Virus record (IMG/VR): IMGVR_UViG_2513237360_000007
Coordinates: 10,637 to 74,636 of that record
Length of the DNA: 64,000 nt
Strand: one strand, 5' to 3'
Source of the DNA: a virus
Lineage: Duplodnaviria; Caudoviricetes
The notes under the pieces: generated by a model
The model's input: the letters and a program-made list of their open reading frames with translations, nothing else
Told to the model about the DNA's origin: nothing
Database searches by the model: none
Translations under genes and position numbers: made by a program
Shown here: piece after piece, positions 30,848 to 39,969 of the stretch
Layout: each line of letters starts with the position of its first letter
How positions within the stretch are numbered: the first letter of the stretch is position 1

Positions 30848-31648
30848 ATGGTTTTTAATCCAAATGAATTAATATTGGAGAAAATTCGGGCTATTGAGGA
30901 ATATGATCCTCAGACCTTAGAATTAACCGGTAGATACACTCAGATTGAAGAGCCATCGCTTCAAACATCAGCAGAAGGAACTGATGTTACTGACGCTATG
31001 GGAACACCGATCATGACTTTTTATCGGAATCAGCAAGCACAATTAAGTTTTACCAACTCACTTTTCTCTCTTGATTTAGCTGCTACTCAGTTTGGATCAG
31101 AAAAAGTGGTTGCGGGTGAAGATGCAAAACTAAAAATACCGACATCCGAAATCATTAAAGTGGGCGGGACCGCTGAAGCTCCCACTGCGGAATTACATTA
31201 CACTCCTATTACAGGTACTGTAAAGTATGTGAAAGTAGTAAATGCAAATAAGACTTTTGGAGAAACATACATCCTTGATACGGCAGCTTCTGCAGATGAC
31301 AAAAAGTTCTCTCTGGCGGACAAAGTAATCACATTGCCCAAAGGAGTAACTGGACGAGTTTTTGTGAGTTATGTCAGAGAGACTTCTACCGGTGCTTCGG
31401 TATCTAAACGCAGCGATGGCATTCCGGAGATTAAGACCATCTGGATGCATGCAATCTTTCATGATCCTTGTAATGAGAATGTAAAGTATGCCGGTGTTAT
31501 AGTGGCCGAAAATGCCCAAATTGATCCAAGCAGCGTAGAAATCGGCTTGAAATCCGATAGCAAGCACTCTGCTACATATTTAATCCGTCCAGATTATTGC
31601 AATGAAGAAGAGTCTAAGCTGTTTGAAATATTAGTGAGTCAAGACTAA
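30848..31648 (+). CDS. Putative major tail tube protein
   Basis: GAAAGGAG SD; beta-rich 266 aa; upstream of tape measure. Confidence 0.6.
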   Translation: MVFNPNELILEKIRAIEEYDPQTLELTGRYTQIEEPSLQTSAEGTDVTDAMGTPIMTFYRNQQAQLSFTNSLFSLDLAATQFGSEKVVAGEDAKLKIPTSEIIKVGGTAEAPTAELHYTPITGTVKYVKVVNANKTFGETYILDTAASADDKKFSLADKVITLPKGVTGRVFVSYVRETSTGASVSKRSDGIPEIKTIWMHAIFHDPCNENVKYAGVIVAENAQIDPSSVEIGLKSDSKHSATYLIRPDYCNEEESKLFEILVSQD

Positions 31649-31702
31649 TCGTTAAGGAGGGATGGTAACACCATCTCTTCTTAATTTATATAGGAGACAT
31701 CT

Positions 31703-32047
31703 ATGCCAAGAAAACAAAAATGTATCTGCTGCGGGAAAACCTATGATTTATGCATTCATTGCCCTACAGACGTTGGCTATACGCCATGGCGAACCATGCA
31801 TTGTTCAGTGGATCACTTCAAGATTTTTGAGTTGGTTCGGGATTATGTGAATGGGAAGTTACCAAAGGACAAAATTTTAGAGATGCTGGCAAAAACAAAT
31901 ACGGAGGGTTATGAAAGATTCAACACTCAGACGGGCGCTGTACTCCGCGAACTCTTTAAACCTGATGGAGAGGATGATATTATCAGCCCCGAAAACGAAT
32001 CAAGTGATAAAGTATTAAAGCATCGAAAACCCAAGACGCAGATTTAA
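31703..32047 (+). CDS. Zinc-finger hypothetical protein
   Basis: CICCGKTYDLCIHC motif. Confidence 0.75.
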   Translation: MPRKQKCICCGKTYDLCIHCPTDVGYTPWRTMHCSVDHFKIFELVRDYVNGKLPKDKILEMLAKTNTEGYERFNTQTGAVLRELFKPDGEDDIISPENESSDKVLKHRKPKTQI

Positions 32048-32122
32048 GTGACGAGAATTGATCTAAGCCAAAAGGCATGCATCTAACTCGTCACGAGTAT
32101 AGTTTTTGCATGCCTTACTTTT
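32048..32122 (+). promoter_or_regulatory. Predicted H-type pseudoknot or terminator/antiterminator switch
   Basis: Interleaved stems 32048-55/32087-94 (8 bp) and 32072-81/32107-16 (10 bp), then a T run. Confidence 0.5.
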
Positions 32123-32145
32123 TACGCTGAATTAAAGGAGAATGA

Positions 32146-32352
32146 ATGAGAGAATATTCTGATATTTTTAAACACTATTACGAAGCTGAAGATGTAATAC
32201 TAATTTACAATACCAAGCAAGCATACTTCTATGTTTTAAAAAACTGTCCACTCGTTGATTTATTTTGCTCAAATGGCACACTTGTCTTCGCATTCGACAG
32301 GGCTGCTTCTAAGCCATTGTACGACAAATGGTGTAGGCATGATCTGACATAA
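32146..32352 (+). CDS. Small phage protein (DUF5659-like)
   Basis: IYNTKQA.FYV...LVF.F...S..LYDKW pattern. Confidence 0.65.
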   Translation: MREYSDIFKHYYEAEDVILIYNTKQAYFYVLKNCPLVDLFCSNGTLVFAFDRAASKPLYDKWCRHDLT

Positions 32353-32354
32353 AT

Positions 32355-32849
32355 ATGGACTGCAGGTTATGTTCCATTGACGCATCTACTACTTCTACAG
32401 GGATTTCATACTTTTTAAACGGTGAATACCAATCTTCCACTCTTATCCAATATGATGATAAAATTGCTGACTCTCGCTTTAATAAAATGTGTTTAGCTAT
32501 ATTGAGAGAACTGGACACCCTAAATCCAGATATCATATATATGGAAGAGGCGGCCAATCCAAGGAATCCGCATACTCAGCGTCTTCTTGTCCGGCTTCAA
32601 GGCGTTGTATATTCTTGGGCAATATCACACGGTGCCGATTGCGAATTTATTAGGCCATCCAGTTGGAGGTCCTTAGTAGGAATTAAAAGTAAGGGAAAGC
32701 GTAAAAATGAACTGAAGATCGCGGCGATTGAAATGGTAAAAAGTATATTTAATATCACAGTAAATGATGATGTCGCAGAATCGATTTTAATTGGAATTGC
32801 TGCTATTAACAAATACAACCCGGACTTAAAGGAGATATTTAATGAATAA
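32355..32849 (+). CDS. RuvC-like Holliday junction resolvase
   Basis: SIDASTTSTG, YMEE, PSSWR, DDVAESILIG RNase H-fold acidic residues. Confidence 0.85.
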   Translation: MDCRLCSIDASTTSTGISYFLNGEYQSSTLIQYDDKIADSRFNKMCLAILRELDTLNPDIIYMEEAANPRNPHTQRLLVRLQGVVYSWAISHGADCEFIRPSSWRSLVGIKSKGKRKNELKIAAIEMVKSIFNITVNDDVAESILIGIAAINKYNPDLKEIFNE

Positions 32850-33408
32850 AAAAATGACCGTATCTACATTTACAACCCAATATATTAATTGTAAAAAGGA
32901 AAGTGACCGAAATAGTTTAGTACGTAGTATTATTAAAAGGTCTTATGTTCCAGTCACTGAAAAAGTATCTATTATCCAAGAACTATTAGGGGTGGCCTTC
33001 GATGAGAAAGATGGATTGAAAATCCCTAATGCACTGTGCCTCCATATCAATTTCCATATTATAATCCTATCCCTATACACTGATCTAGAAATTGATAAAA
33101 AAGAAAATGATAGAACAGCCGGTTTCCGCACCTACGATATTTTCCAGTCTTGTGAATTATGGAACGTACTTAAGCGTCAAATTGGCGCTGACTACAAAGA
33201 ATTGGAAAAAATAAGGGATCTATACTTGGAAAATATGGCCACAGAGAACGATTTGGTTGTTCAGCTTTCAAACCAGATAACACGTTTCGGGACATTGATC
33301 AGTTCAGCTTTCAGGCCACTCGCGAACACAATCCAGTCAGAAATGAATAACCTCAATGAAAGCCAAAAGGATAATCTCAAGAATAGTATGATTAAACTAT
33401 TGAAATAG
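32842..33408 (+). CDS. Hypothetical protein (possible tail assembly chaperone)
   Basis: Synteny before tape measure; YVPVTEK motif. Confidence 0.55.
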   Translation: MNKKMTVSTFTTQYINCKKESDRNSLVRSIIKRSYVPVTEKVSIIQELLGVAFDEKDGLKIPNALCLHINFHIIILSLYTDLEIDKKENDRTAGFRTYDIFQSCELWNVLKRQIGADYKELEKIRDLYLENMATENDLVVQLSNQITRFGTLISSAFRPLANTIQSEMNNLNESQKDNLKNSMIKLLK

Positions 33409-33474
33409 AACTTAAATACTTAATTTAGAGTCTGTCGGGGTCATAGCCGCCAGACTTATTTATTGGAGGTAATC

Positions 33475-33924
33475 ATGAAATATATGTCTGAAAAGAAAAT
33501 TAACTGGTTAAAAAACTACTATCGACAATGTAATATTGAATATTTGGAACTATTAGCCACTGAATTAGAATGGATGGCTTGGAAAATTATTGATGATTTT
33601 TATGCTGATTACGATCCAATCTATTATAAACGTAACTATGGACTTTACAATGCCATTCATATAACAAGAAGGTATTCGTTTTCAGAACCATCAATATTGT
33701 TTTCAATAAGAAGTGCTTATATGGAGGATTGGTATAGAGATCCGACTGAGTATATTTTTGTTGGTGCTATTATAATGGGAAAACACGGTACAGCAAAGGT
33801 CAAAATCTCCCTCCCTGCTCCAATGAAAAGAATAATAGATTATATCAATTTGTATAATGACAAAGATATTAAATCCAAAGCTATTGAGAGCGCTAAAAAA
33901 ATTGTGGGATCATGCCCTTTTTAA
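33475..33924 (+). CDS. Hypothetical tail-module protein
   Basis: GGAGG SD; YDPIYYKRNYGL motif. Confidence 0.65.
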   Translation: MKYMSEKKINWLKNYYRQCNIEYLELLATELEWMAWKIIDDFYADYDPIYYKRNYGLYNAIHITRRYSFSEPSILFSIRSAYMEDWYRDPTEYIFVGAIIMGKHGTAKVKISLPAPMKRIIDYINLYNDKDIKSKAIESAKKIVGSCPF

Positions 33925-33936
33925 TAGGAGGTAAAA

Positions 33937-36900
33937 GTGGCTAATAAAGGAGTAGATATTGAATTTAAAGGAGGTTTTAATGATGATGATATTATTAAAG
34001 CTCTCCGTAAGGTAAATGGCGAAATAGATGAGACCAAGAAGAATGCTGAAGAACCAATTAAAGTTAATCTCGGTGGATTTGTAAAAGAATTCACAAAAGA
34101 GTTTGATGAAATTGATCGTATTATAGCTAAAAGAAAAGCTAATATTGATAAAAGGGTCATCAATTACATCCCCAAGATCCAATTCAACTTGCGTGATGTT
34201 GAGTTATGGGAAGAAACACAAAAGAAAATTGATCGGCAGATAGCAAAAGCCAGAATGAACTATGATCTTCCATCATTACAGACCGATTCATTTTCTAAGC
34301 AGCTAATCGCCAGAGAGAAACTTCTTGCTAGACTAGGCGAAAACACATCAAAACATAAAGCCTTAAAGCAAGTATGGATGGATGATGGACCATCTATAAG
34401 CAAAGCAAGAGCCAATATTGAGCTACTGCAACAACAAATAGCTTTAAAAGAAAAAATTCTACAAATAGATACAAAAGTAAAACCCTTTCTTCCAAAAAGC
34501 GATTGGTCTACAAAATTTAATGGATCCGATGTAAATGCGCAAAAGGAAGCATTAAAAGAATCAAAAAGATTAATGGCTGATGAACTCTATACTGCTGCTG
34601 ATAAAGAAAAAGAAAATATATTGGTAGCGTTAAAGGATTATGAAAAATCTGCTAACAAAATAATGAGAGAAGGCAAATTCGATGAGTTTGTTTTCCCGGA
34701 TCTTATTAGTAAATTTAATGCTATCGAATCATCTGCTCAAGACTATTTAATGAAGCTCGGCCTCATTAAAGGAAAGACTTCCGAAACGCTAGAAACTTCA
34801 CATAAGCAACTTACTTCATCTGCTCAGTTATTTGACAAATATGGGGCTACTGCCGAAGAAGTATTCGTGAAGATTGACAAAATATTTTCTCAGGCTAATG
34901 ATAGCGATGATGGCTTTTATGGATTAAGCAGTAGGAGCATTTCAGACCTCACAAAGATGATGGCTTTACTGGAACACTTTTCTGAGGGTGATTTATCGAA
35001 GCTTTCTTTAGAAGGTGATGAGTTCTTTGGCTTCCAAGATGAGCTAAAAGAAATCCAGAGTTTCTTAAAAGATGAATTTACAGTTGACGAATCATTAGAA
35101 GAAGTATTTAAATCCACAATAGATCAACTCAATCAATTGGAGTCTACTGCTGAGGAAGCTGTTCCTGCTATTGAAAAAGTGGAAAATTCCCTTAATCCAG
35201 ATAGTGATGAATCTAAAATAGAGGCAAAAACTGACGCCATTGAAAATTTAACCGAAGCAATGCAGCGCCAGGCAGAATCTGATGAAGCTTTATCAAAAAC
35301 ATCATCATTATCCGATGATCATATCACTAATATAGAAAACACCACGGAAGCCATTAACCAATTGAATGAAGCTGAAAAAGAAAGGGATAAGTTAGATGCC
35401 CCCACCGCTTCTATCGATTCCACGTTGGATACTGATATTGATAAACTTGAGAAAAAAACTAAAGCTACTAAAGAGTTAGATGATGTACAGGAAAAGCAGA
35501 AACAAAATGAAATTGCGCTCCAAAAAGAACTCTTATTCTTAGACGAACGAGAGAATTCATATTGGGAGACACGGGAAAAGCTTTTAAAAGATGGAGTTGC
35601 ACAGCAAGAAGCTTATGCTAACTTAAGGAAAGAACAAGAAAATAATTATAACCAAAGTTGGATTATAGCAGAGACTAACAGGATGTTATCATCCTATGCT
35701 GCGGCTGAAGGTAAAGTAATTGGCTATGGGCGTGCAGTTCAAAGTGCCAGTGATAAGGCTAATCATCTGGCGACTGCCTGGGAGAATGGTAGCATATCTG
35801 CAAAGAAATATGAAACAGAGATAGCAAAAATCAATAGTGAATTAAGTAATAAAAAATATAACTTAACCGGCGCAGAGACCGGCGTCTTTTCGACTAATCC
35901 ACAGAACATAATTATACTGGAAAAAGAGATGCGCGCTCTTGCTCTGGCAACTGAAGGTATTATTCCAGAAAGTATTGCATTCAATGAACAATCAAAAAGA
36001 ATGTCATATGAAACAAAAGATGCTGCTGGAAATATTAGTAAGTATTCTATTGCCATCAATTCACTTAATGACGAACTTCTTCGTTATCAAACAAAGACTA
36101 TTCAGGCCATAGGTCCAACACAAGAATTTTTCAACTTTTTATCTCAGAGTTTTAAGAAGGTATCGTCATATATCTTTAGTTTTGGGTCTTTTTATAGATT
36201 ATGGGCAGAACTAAAACAGGGAATTACTATCATTCGTGACATTGATGATGCCATGACTGAACTCAAGAAGGTCAGTGATGAAACTGCCTATACATACACT
36301 AAGTTTCAAAAGCAGGCAGCTGCCGAAGGGCGCGATGTTGCCCAAACTACGAGCGACATGGTTCAGGCTTCGTCTGACTGGAAAAAGATGGGATACAATT
36401 TACAGGAATCCCTTAATCTCGCAAAATCATCATCACTCTATGTTAATGTTGGTGACGATGTTAACATAACCGAGGCTACATCAGACTTAGTTTCTACCAT
36501 TAAAGCGTTTAATATGAACGCAGATGATTCAATAGGCATTGTTGATCGTCTAAATGCTGTATCAAATAATTTTGCTGTCACATCAAAAGATCTAGGAAAT
36601 ATTCTAAATCATTCCTCATCCTCTCTCGCTGCCGCCAATACTTCAATAGATAAAACAATAGCAATGGGCGCTGCCATGAATGAAGTTCTACAAGATAGTT
36701 CTACTTCTGGTAGCACATTGAAAATATTGTCCATGAGGCTACGCGGAGCAAAAGTAGAATTAGAGGCTGCGGGTGAATCAACTGAAGGTATGGCAGAATC
36801 CACATCAAAACTTCGCGAAAAAATCAAAGCCCTGACGAACATAAATGGATCTGGCGGATTTGACATAATGAAGGATGATAATACATTCAAAGATGTATAC

Positions 36901-37293
36901 GAAATGATGGATGGAATTGCTGAAAAGTGGAAAGGTATGGATGATATATCCAGAGCTGGCTTACTTGAATTAATCGCAGGTAAGATGAGAGCTCAAGGAG
37001 TATCTGCGCTTTTAAACAATTGGTCCGAAGCCGAAGCCATACTAAAAACTTCCTTGGATTCATCTGGATCAGCAGCCAAAGAAAACGAAACCTATCTTGA
37101 TTCAATATCTGGTCGCGTTAAGCAATTACAGGCTCAGTATCAAGAGCTTTGGCAGACCACCCTAAATGACGATTCAATCAAATTCTTTATTGAACTTGCG
37201 ACAAGTGTCACTAAAGTTGCAACTGATATGGGAGGACTACTTCCTATAGTTGCAACCTTAACGACATTATTAGCTGGTATCAAATATGCGGGT
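33937..37293 (+). CDS. Tape measure protein, exon 1 (1119 codons)
   Basis: Long helical ORF with TP901-type TMP core (IDDAMTELKKVS...LKILSMRLRG); ends GCG GGT at the predicted 5' splice site. Confidence 0.88.
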
Positions 37294-37836
37294 AAAGTAA
37301 TTCGTAACCGTGACAACGAATGTGCCCTTCTCATTAATGCTGCGTAATATACTCCCACAAAGTAAACGATGAGAATGTCCCGTCACGTAAATAAATAACT
37401 AAGGGACGCATAGGCGTATAATATGCTGGGAACTCCCCCAAACACCTCTTCACCGAAACTCACCGAAAGGTGTGCTGTACAGCCGGGGCCGTGAGGCAGA
37501 AAAAAGTAAGAGGTTCTTGTTCAGAACAAAATTCTGTTCAATACACCAGTCCAATATTTTCTGGTCAAGGGAGGGTCAATAGGTAGCCCATATGGGTGAA
37601 AGCAGGCTGTTTCCTAAGTGCGTAAGCATATGGAATCGCCCCAGAGACTGACAAGGCCGGTCTGCCCGCAGGGATAATTGCGTGCGGATTCAAAATACAG
37701 TCCAAATGCCGAAGGAAATTGGATAACACTTCGGTCGGAGTAGTGCTCCGTGTGGTACTCTTCTTCTATTGCCTGGTGCAACGGGTTATCCCGGTGGCAA
37801 TCGAAGTGCTCTTAAATGAGTGATATTTTCTAAAAA

Positions 37837-38052
37837 TTATAAAAGGAAATAAAACATTAAAATAGCCAAAAATATAAAGATAATAATCCAAAGTAATGAT
37901 TCTCCAGTGGGCTTCTGTCCCTTCACTTTTTTATTCTTCGTCTGTTTTAGAGAAAACCTCTTGGGTGTCTTTTCTCTATCAACACCTCTTGCCTGATCAA
38001 AAAGATAGTGATCTCGGGAGTCGATTTTATTATCATGGTTCATGTCAAACAT
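37837..38052 (-). CDS. Intron cargo: 71-aa membrane-anchored protein
   Basis: EF-hand-like DMNHDNKID motif, C-terminal TM helix, AGAGGG SD. Confidence 0.7.
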   Translation of the reverse strand: MFDMNHDNKIDSRDHYLFDQARGVDREKTPKRFSLKQTKNKKVKGQKPTGESLLWIIIFIFLAILMFYFLL

Positions 38053-38079
38053 AACTTCAATTCCCTCTACTACATATTA

Positions 38080-39222
38080 CTAAATAATCAGTTCTACAAT
38101 ACCTTCATACAAAGTTCCGCTTTCTAAAATAGCCTCTTTAATTTGTGTGCTAGTGGTCAGAGGAGGAAAACTGGCGAAATCACACTGAGAATATTCCACA
38201 TTGTTGTTAATACAGTAATTTTTTTTATTACAATAGCAATCAATATTTTTTGACTCACAATTATATTTGTTTAGTCTAAACGTTTTTGGGGGGATTTTGT
38301 TTGCATCAAGTCGCTGTTTACAATTCAGTGAATTGTAATATCTATATAGAGGAAAATATTCATTGTCAAGATTATATAATGCAATTTTCTCTTCTAGATC
38401 AAGTTTTTTATATTGCCTATATTTCTCTTTAACCCACTCATCAAGGCGATAGAGATCCTTTGACCAATCTCGAAATCCCTCCATTATGCTCTTATGAATT
38501 CCACTATTTATATCATCCTCTAACCTCTTGTACCAATCTGCCTGTTTTAAAGGCACAATGCCAAAATCAAAATTTGCAAAATTATAAAAGTCAATCTCTA
38601 AGTCAGGCATTTTTCCATTTCTGATTCTTTTTTGATTTTTAAAAAACCAATCTTTAGAAAGGGTATTCTTTAATTCCGTTGGGTGGATAGGATTCCTTTT
38701 ATTCCTCTCTCTAAAATCATTTATTTCATTTATTCCGATAATAGCTTTTTCTATTGTTGAAAAATAATAATGTGGAAACTTAATAATAACTGACCTAAGT
38801 TGCAAAGTACTATTTAATTTAATCCTATATAATCGTAACATATTAAGAGATGTACTATAACTCCGCTTAGCATTATTGTATGAGTCCAAGTAAGCTGAAT
38901 TATCCTCCAAGTATATACATTTTTCATTAATATACTTTATTGTTTTTTTTATCTCATCAATTTCTTGTCGCAATATTTGAATTGATTCCTTTAAAAATGC
39001 AATCTTTTTATCTATAGCAATATACTTTAGTGGGTTATTTAATACATCAGCTTTGTTGCCAGAATTCCTAGCACGTTTACTCTTGGTCCTTAATTCCTGT
39101 ACTTGCTTTTCAATTTTCTCAATACTGTTATATAATATTTGTAAATCATCATAAGATGCCTGTATGTCCCGTCTTTTTTCCACTTTAGCAGTTTGAATCC
39201 ATTTAAACTGTTCCTTTGGCAT
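38080..39222 (-). CDS. Intron cargo: 380-aa hypothetical protein (coiled-coil N-terminus, Cys-rich C-terminus)
   Basis: AAGAGG SD, low-GC long ORF; no endonuclease motif recognised. Confidence 0.8.
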   Translation of the reverse strand: MPKEQFKWIQTAKVEKRRDIQASYDDLQILYNSIEKIEKQVQELRTKSKRARNSGNKADVLNNPLKYIAIDKKIAFLKESIQILRQEIDEIKKTIKYINEKCIYLEDNSAYLDSYNNAKRSYSTSLNMLRLYRIKLNSTLQLRSVIIKFPHYYFSTIEKAIIGINEINDFRERNKRNPIHPTELKNTLSKDWFFKNQKRIRNGKMPDLEIDFYNFANFDFGIVPLKQADWYKRLEDDINSGIHKSIMEGFRDWSKDLYRLDEWVKEKYRQYKKLDLEEKIALYNLDNEYFPLYRYYNSLNCKQRLDANKIPPKTFRLNKYNCESKNIDCYCNKKNYCINNNVEYSQCDFASFPPLTTSTQIKEAILESGTLYEGIVELII

Positions 39223-39324
39223 ATAGTATATTTACCTCTTAATCATTCTATGCAAAAAGTATTTGTATCCCAACCAATTGCATCAAAATTATAGCCTATT
39301 TCATTTCTCTCATAATATCTTTAA

Positions 39325-39504
39325 CTAATCTATCTCTTGATAATATTCGCTCCATACATTTCGCCAAGTAATCGTTCTGGTAATTTCATCAAAAAAATTA
39401 TTATTATTCAACACGGTATGTTTTAAATACGCAGAACACTCTTCTGCTATTTTTATTGGATCTTTCTTTTGATCTAATGCCAACAAATAATTATAGATTA
39501 CCAT
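39325..39504 (-). CDS. Intron cargo: 59-aa hypothetical peptide (MVIYNYLLALDQ...)
   Basis: ATG overlaps the upstream stop (ATGGTAA); below ORF track cut-off. Confidence 0.4.
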   Translation of the reverse strand: MVIYNYLLALDQKKDPIKIAEECSAYLKHTVLNNNNFFDEITRTITWRNVWSEYYQEID

Positions 39505-39875
39505 TCATATCCACAATTATCACAGTGAAACTGACGTTTCACTTTCTGCGAAAATATCCCAAAAGCCAGTACCGATCCTGCCTTTGATATCTCTGATATT
39601 TTATGAACATTTGTGCTTGAACAAGTTGGGCAACGAACAACATGTTCTTTTTTATATTCATTGCGCAATCGCATATCATTACTATTTTCAAAGGAGATGT
39701 ATTTCTCAACTATAACCCTTGCTTCATCAGGGCTACATCCTCCGACTTCGCTAATTCTTTGTATTAACCTTTTTCTTTCATGAACACTATTACTTTTCCG
39801 AATTTCAGTAAAAAGCGAACTACTTTTTTGCAAAATTTTGCGTTCATTTAAAGTATATTTTTGAGATACCATCAT
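39498..39875 (-). CDS. Intron cargo: zinc-ribbon protein
   Basis: CPTCSSTNV...GSVLAFGIFS...HCDNCGYEW; GAGGGGAGGGG SD. Confidence 0.85.
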   Translation of the reverse strand: MMVSQKYTLNERKILQKSSSLFTEIRKSNSVHERKRLIQRISEVGGCSPDEARVIVEKYISFENSNDMRLRNEYKKEHVVRCPTCSSTNVHKISEISKAGSVLAFGIFSQKVKRQFHCDNCGYEW

Positions 39876-39901
39876 TATTTCCCCTCCCCTCTTTTTAACC
39901 A

Positions 39902-39930
39902 ATTATAACATATGAATATATGCAATGCAC
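39902..39930 (-). promoter_or_regulatory. sigmaA-type extended -10 promoter for the antisense cargo operon
   Basis: On minus strand GTGCAT-17 nt-TATAAT with TG at the extended -10 position. Confidence 0.65.
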
Positions 39931-39969
39931 CTGCTATTTCATATATGTATGGCTACCTACCACATTGTG

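Larger units (their letters stand above)
37294..39969 (+). ncRNA. Group I self-splicing intron (catalytic core ~37294-37830; 2.1-kb insert beyond P9)
   Basis: P1 exon GGGU with GCCC 37324-27 (U.G wobble); P element TGCTGG 37424-29; P7 GAGACTG 37645-51 / CAGTCC 37699-704; J8/7 AAAATA; P8 37661-66/37685-90; P9 37709-15/37730-36; GNRA tetraloops; omega-G 39969; P10 ACATTCG 39970-76 with CGAATGT 37317-23. Confidence 0.85.

Noticed and set aside
31703-33924. Programmed -1 frameshift in tail assembly chaperones
   Set aside because: No correctly phased X XXY YYZ slippery site found by eye
37294-37830. Group II intron, IStron or retroelement
   Set aside because: No GUGYG 5' end, no domain V, no RT or TnpB ORF; the P7/P10/omega-G pattern fits group I
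39925-39969. Independent translation start for the TMP C-half
   Set aside because: No SD; the segment overlaps the antisense promoter and the predicted intron 3' end
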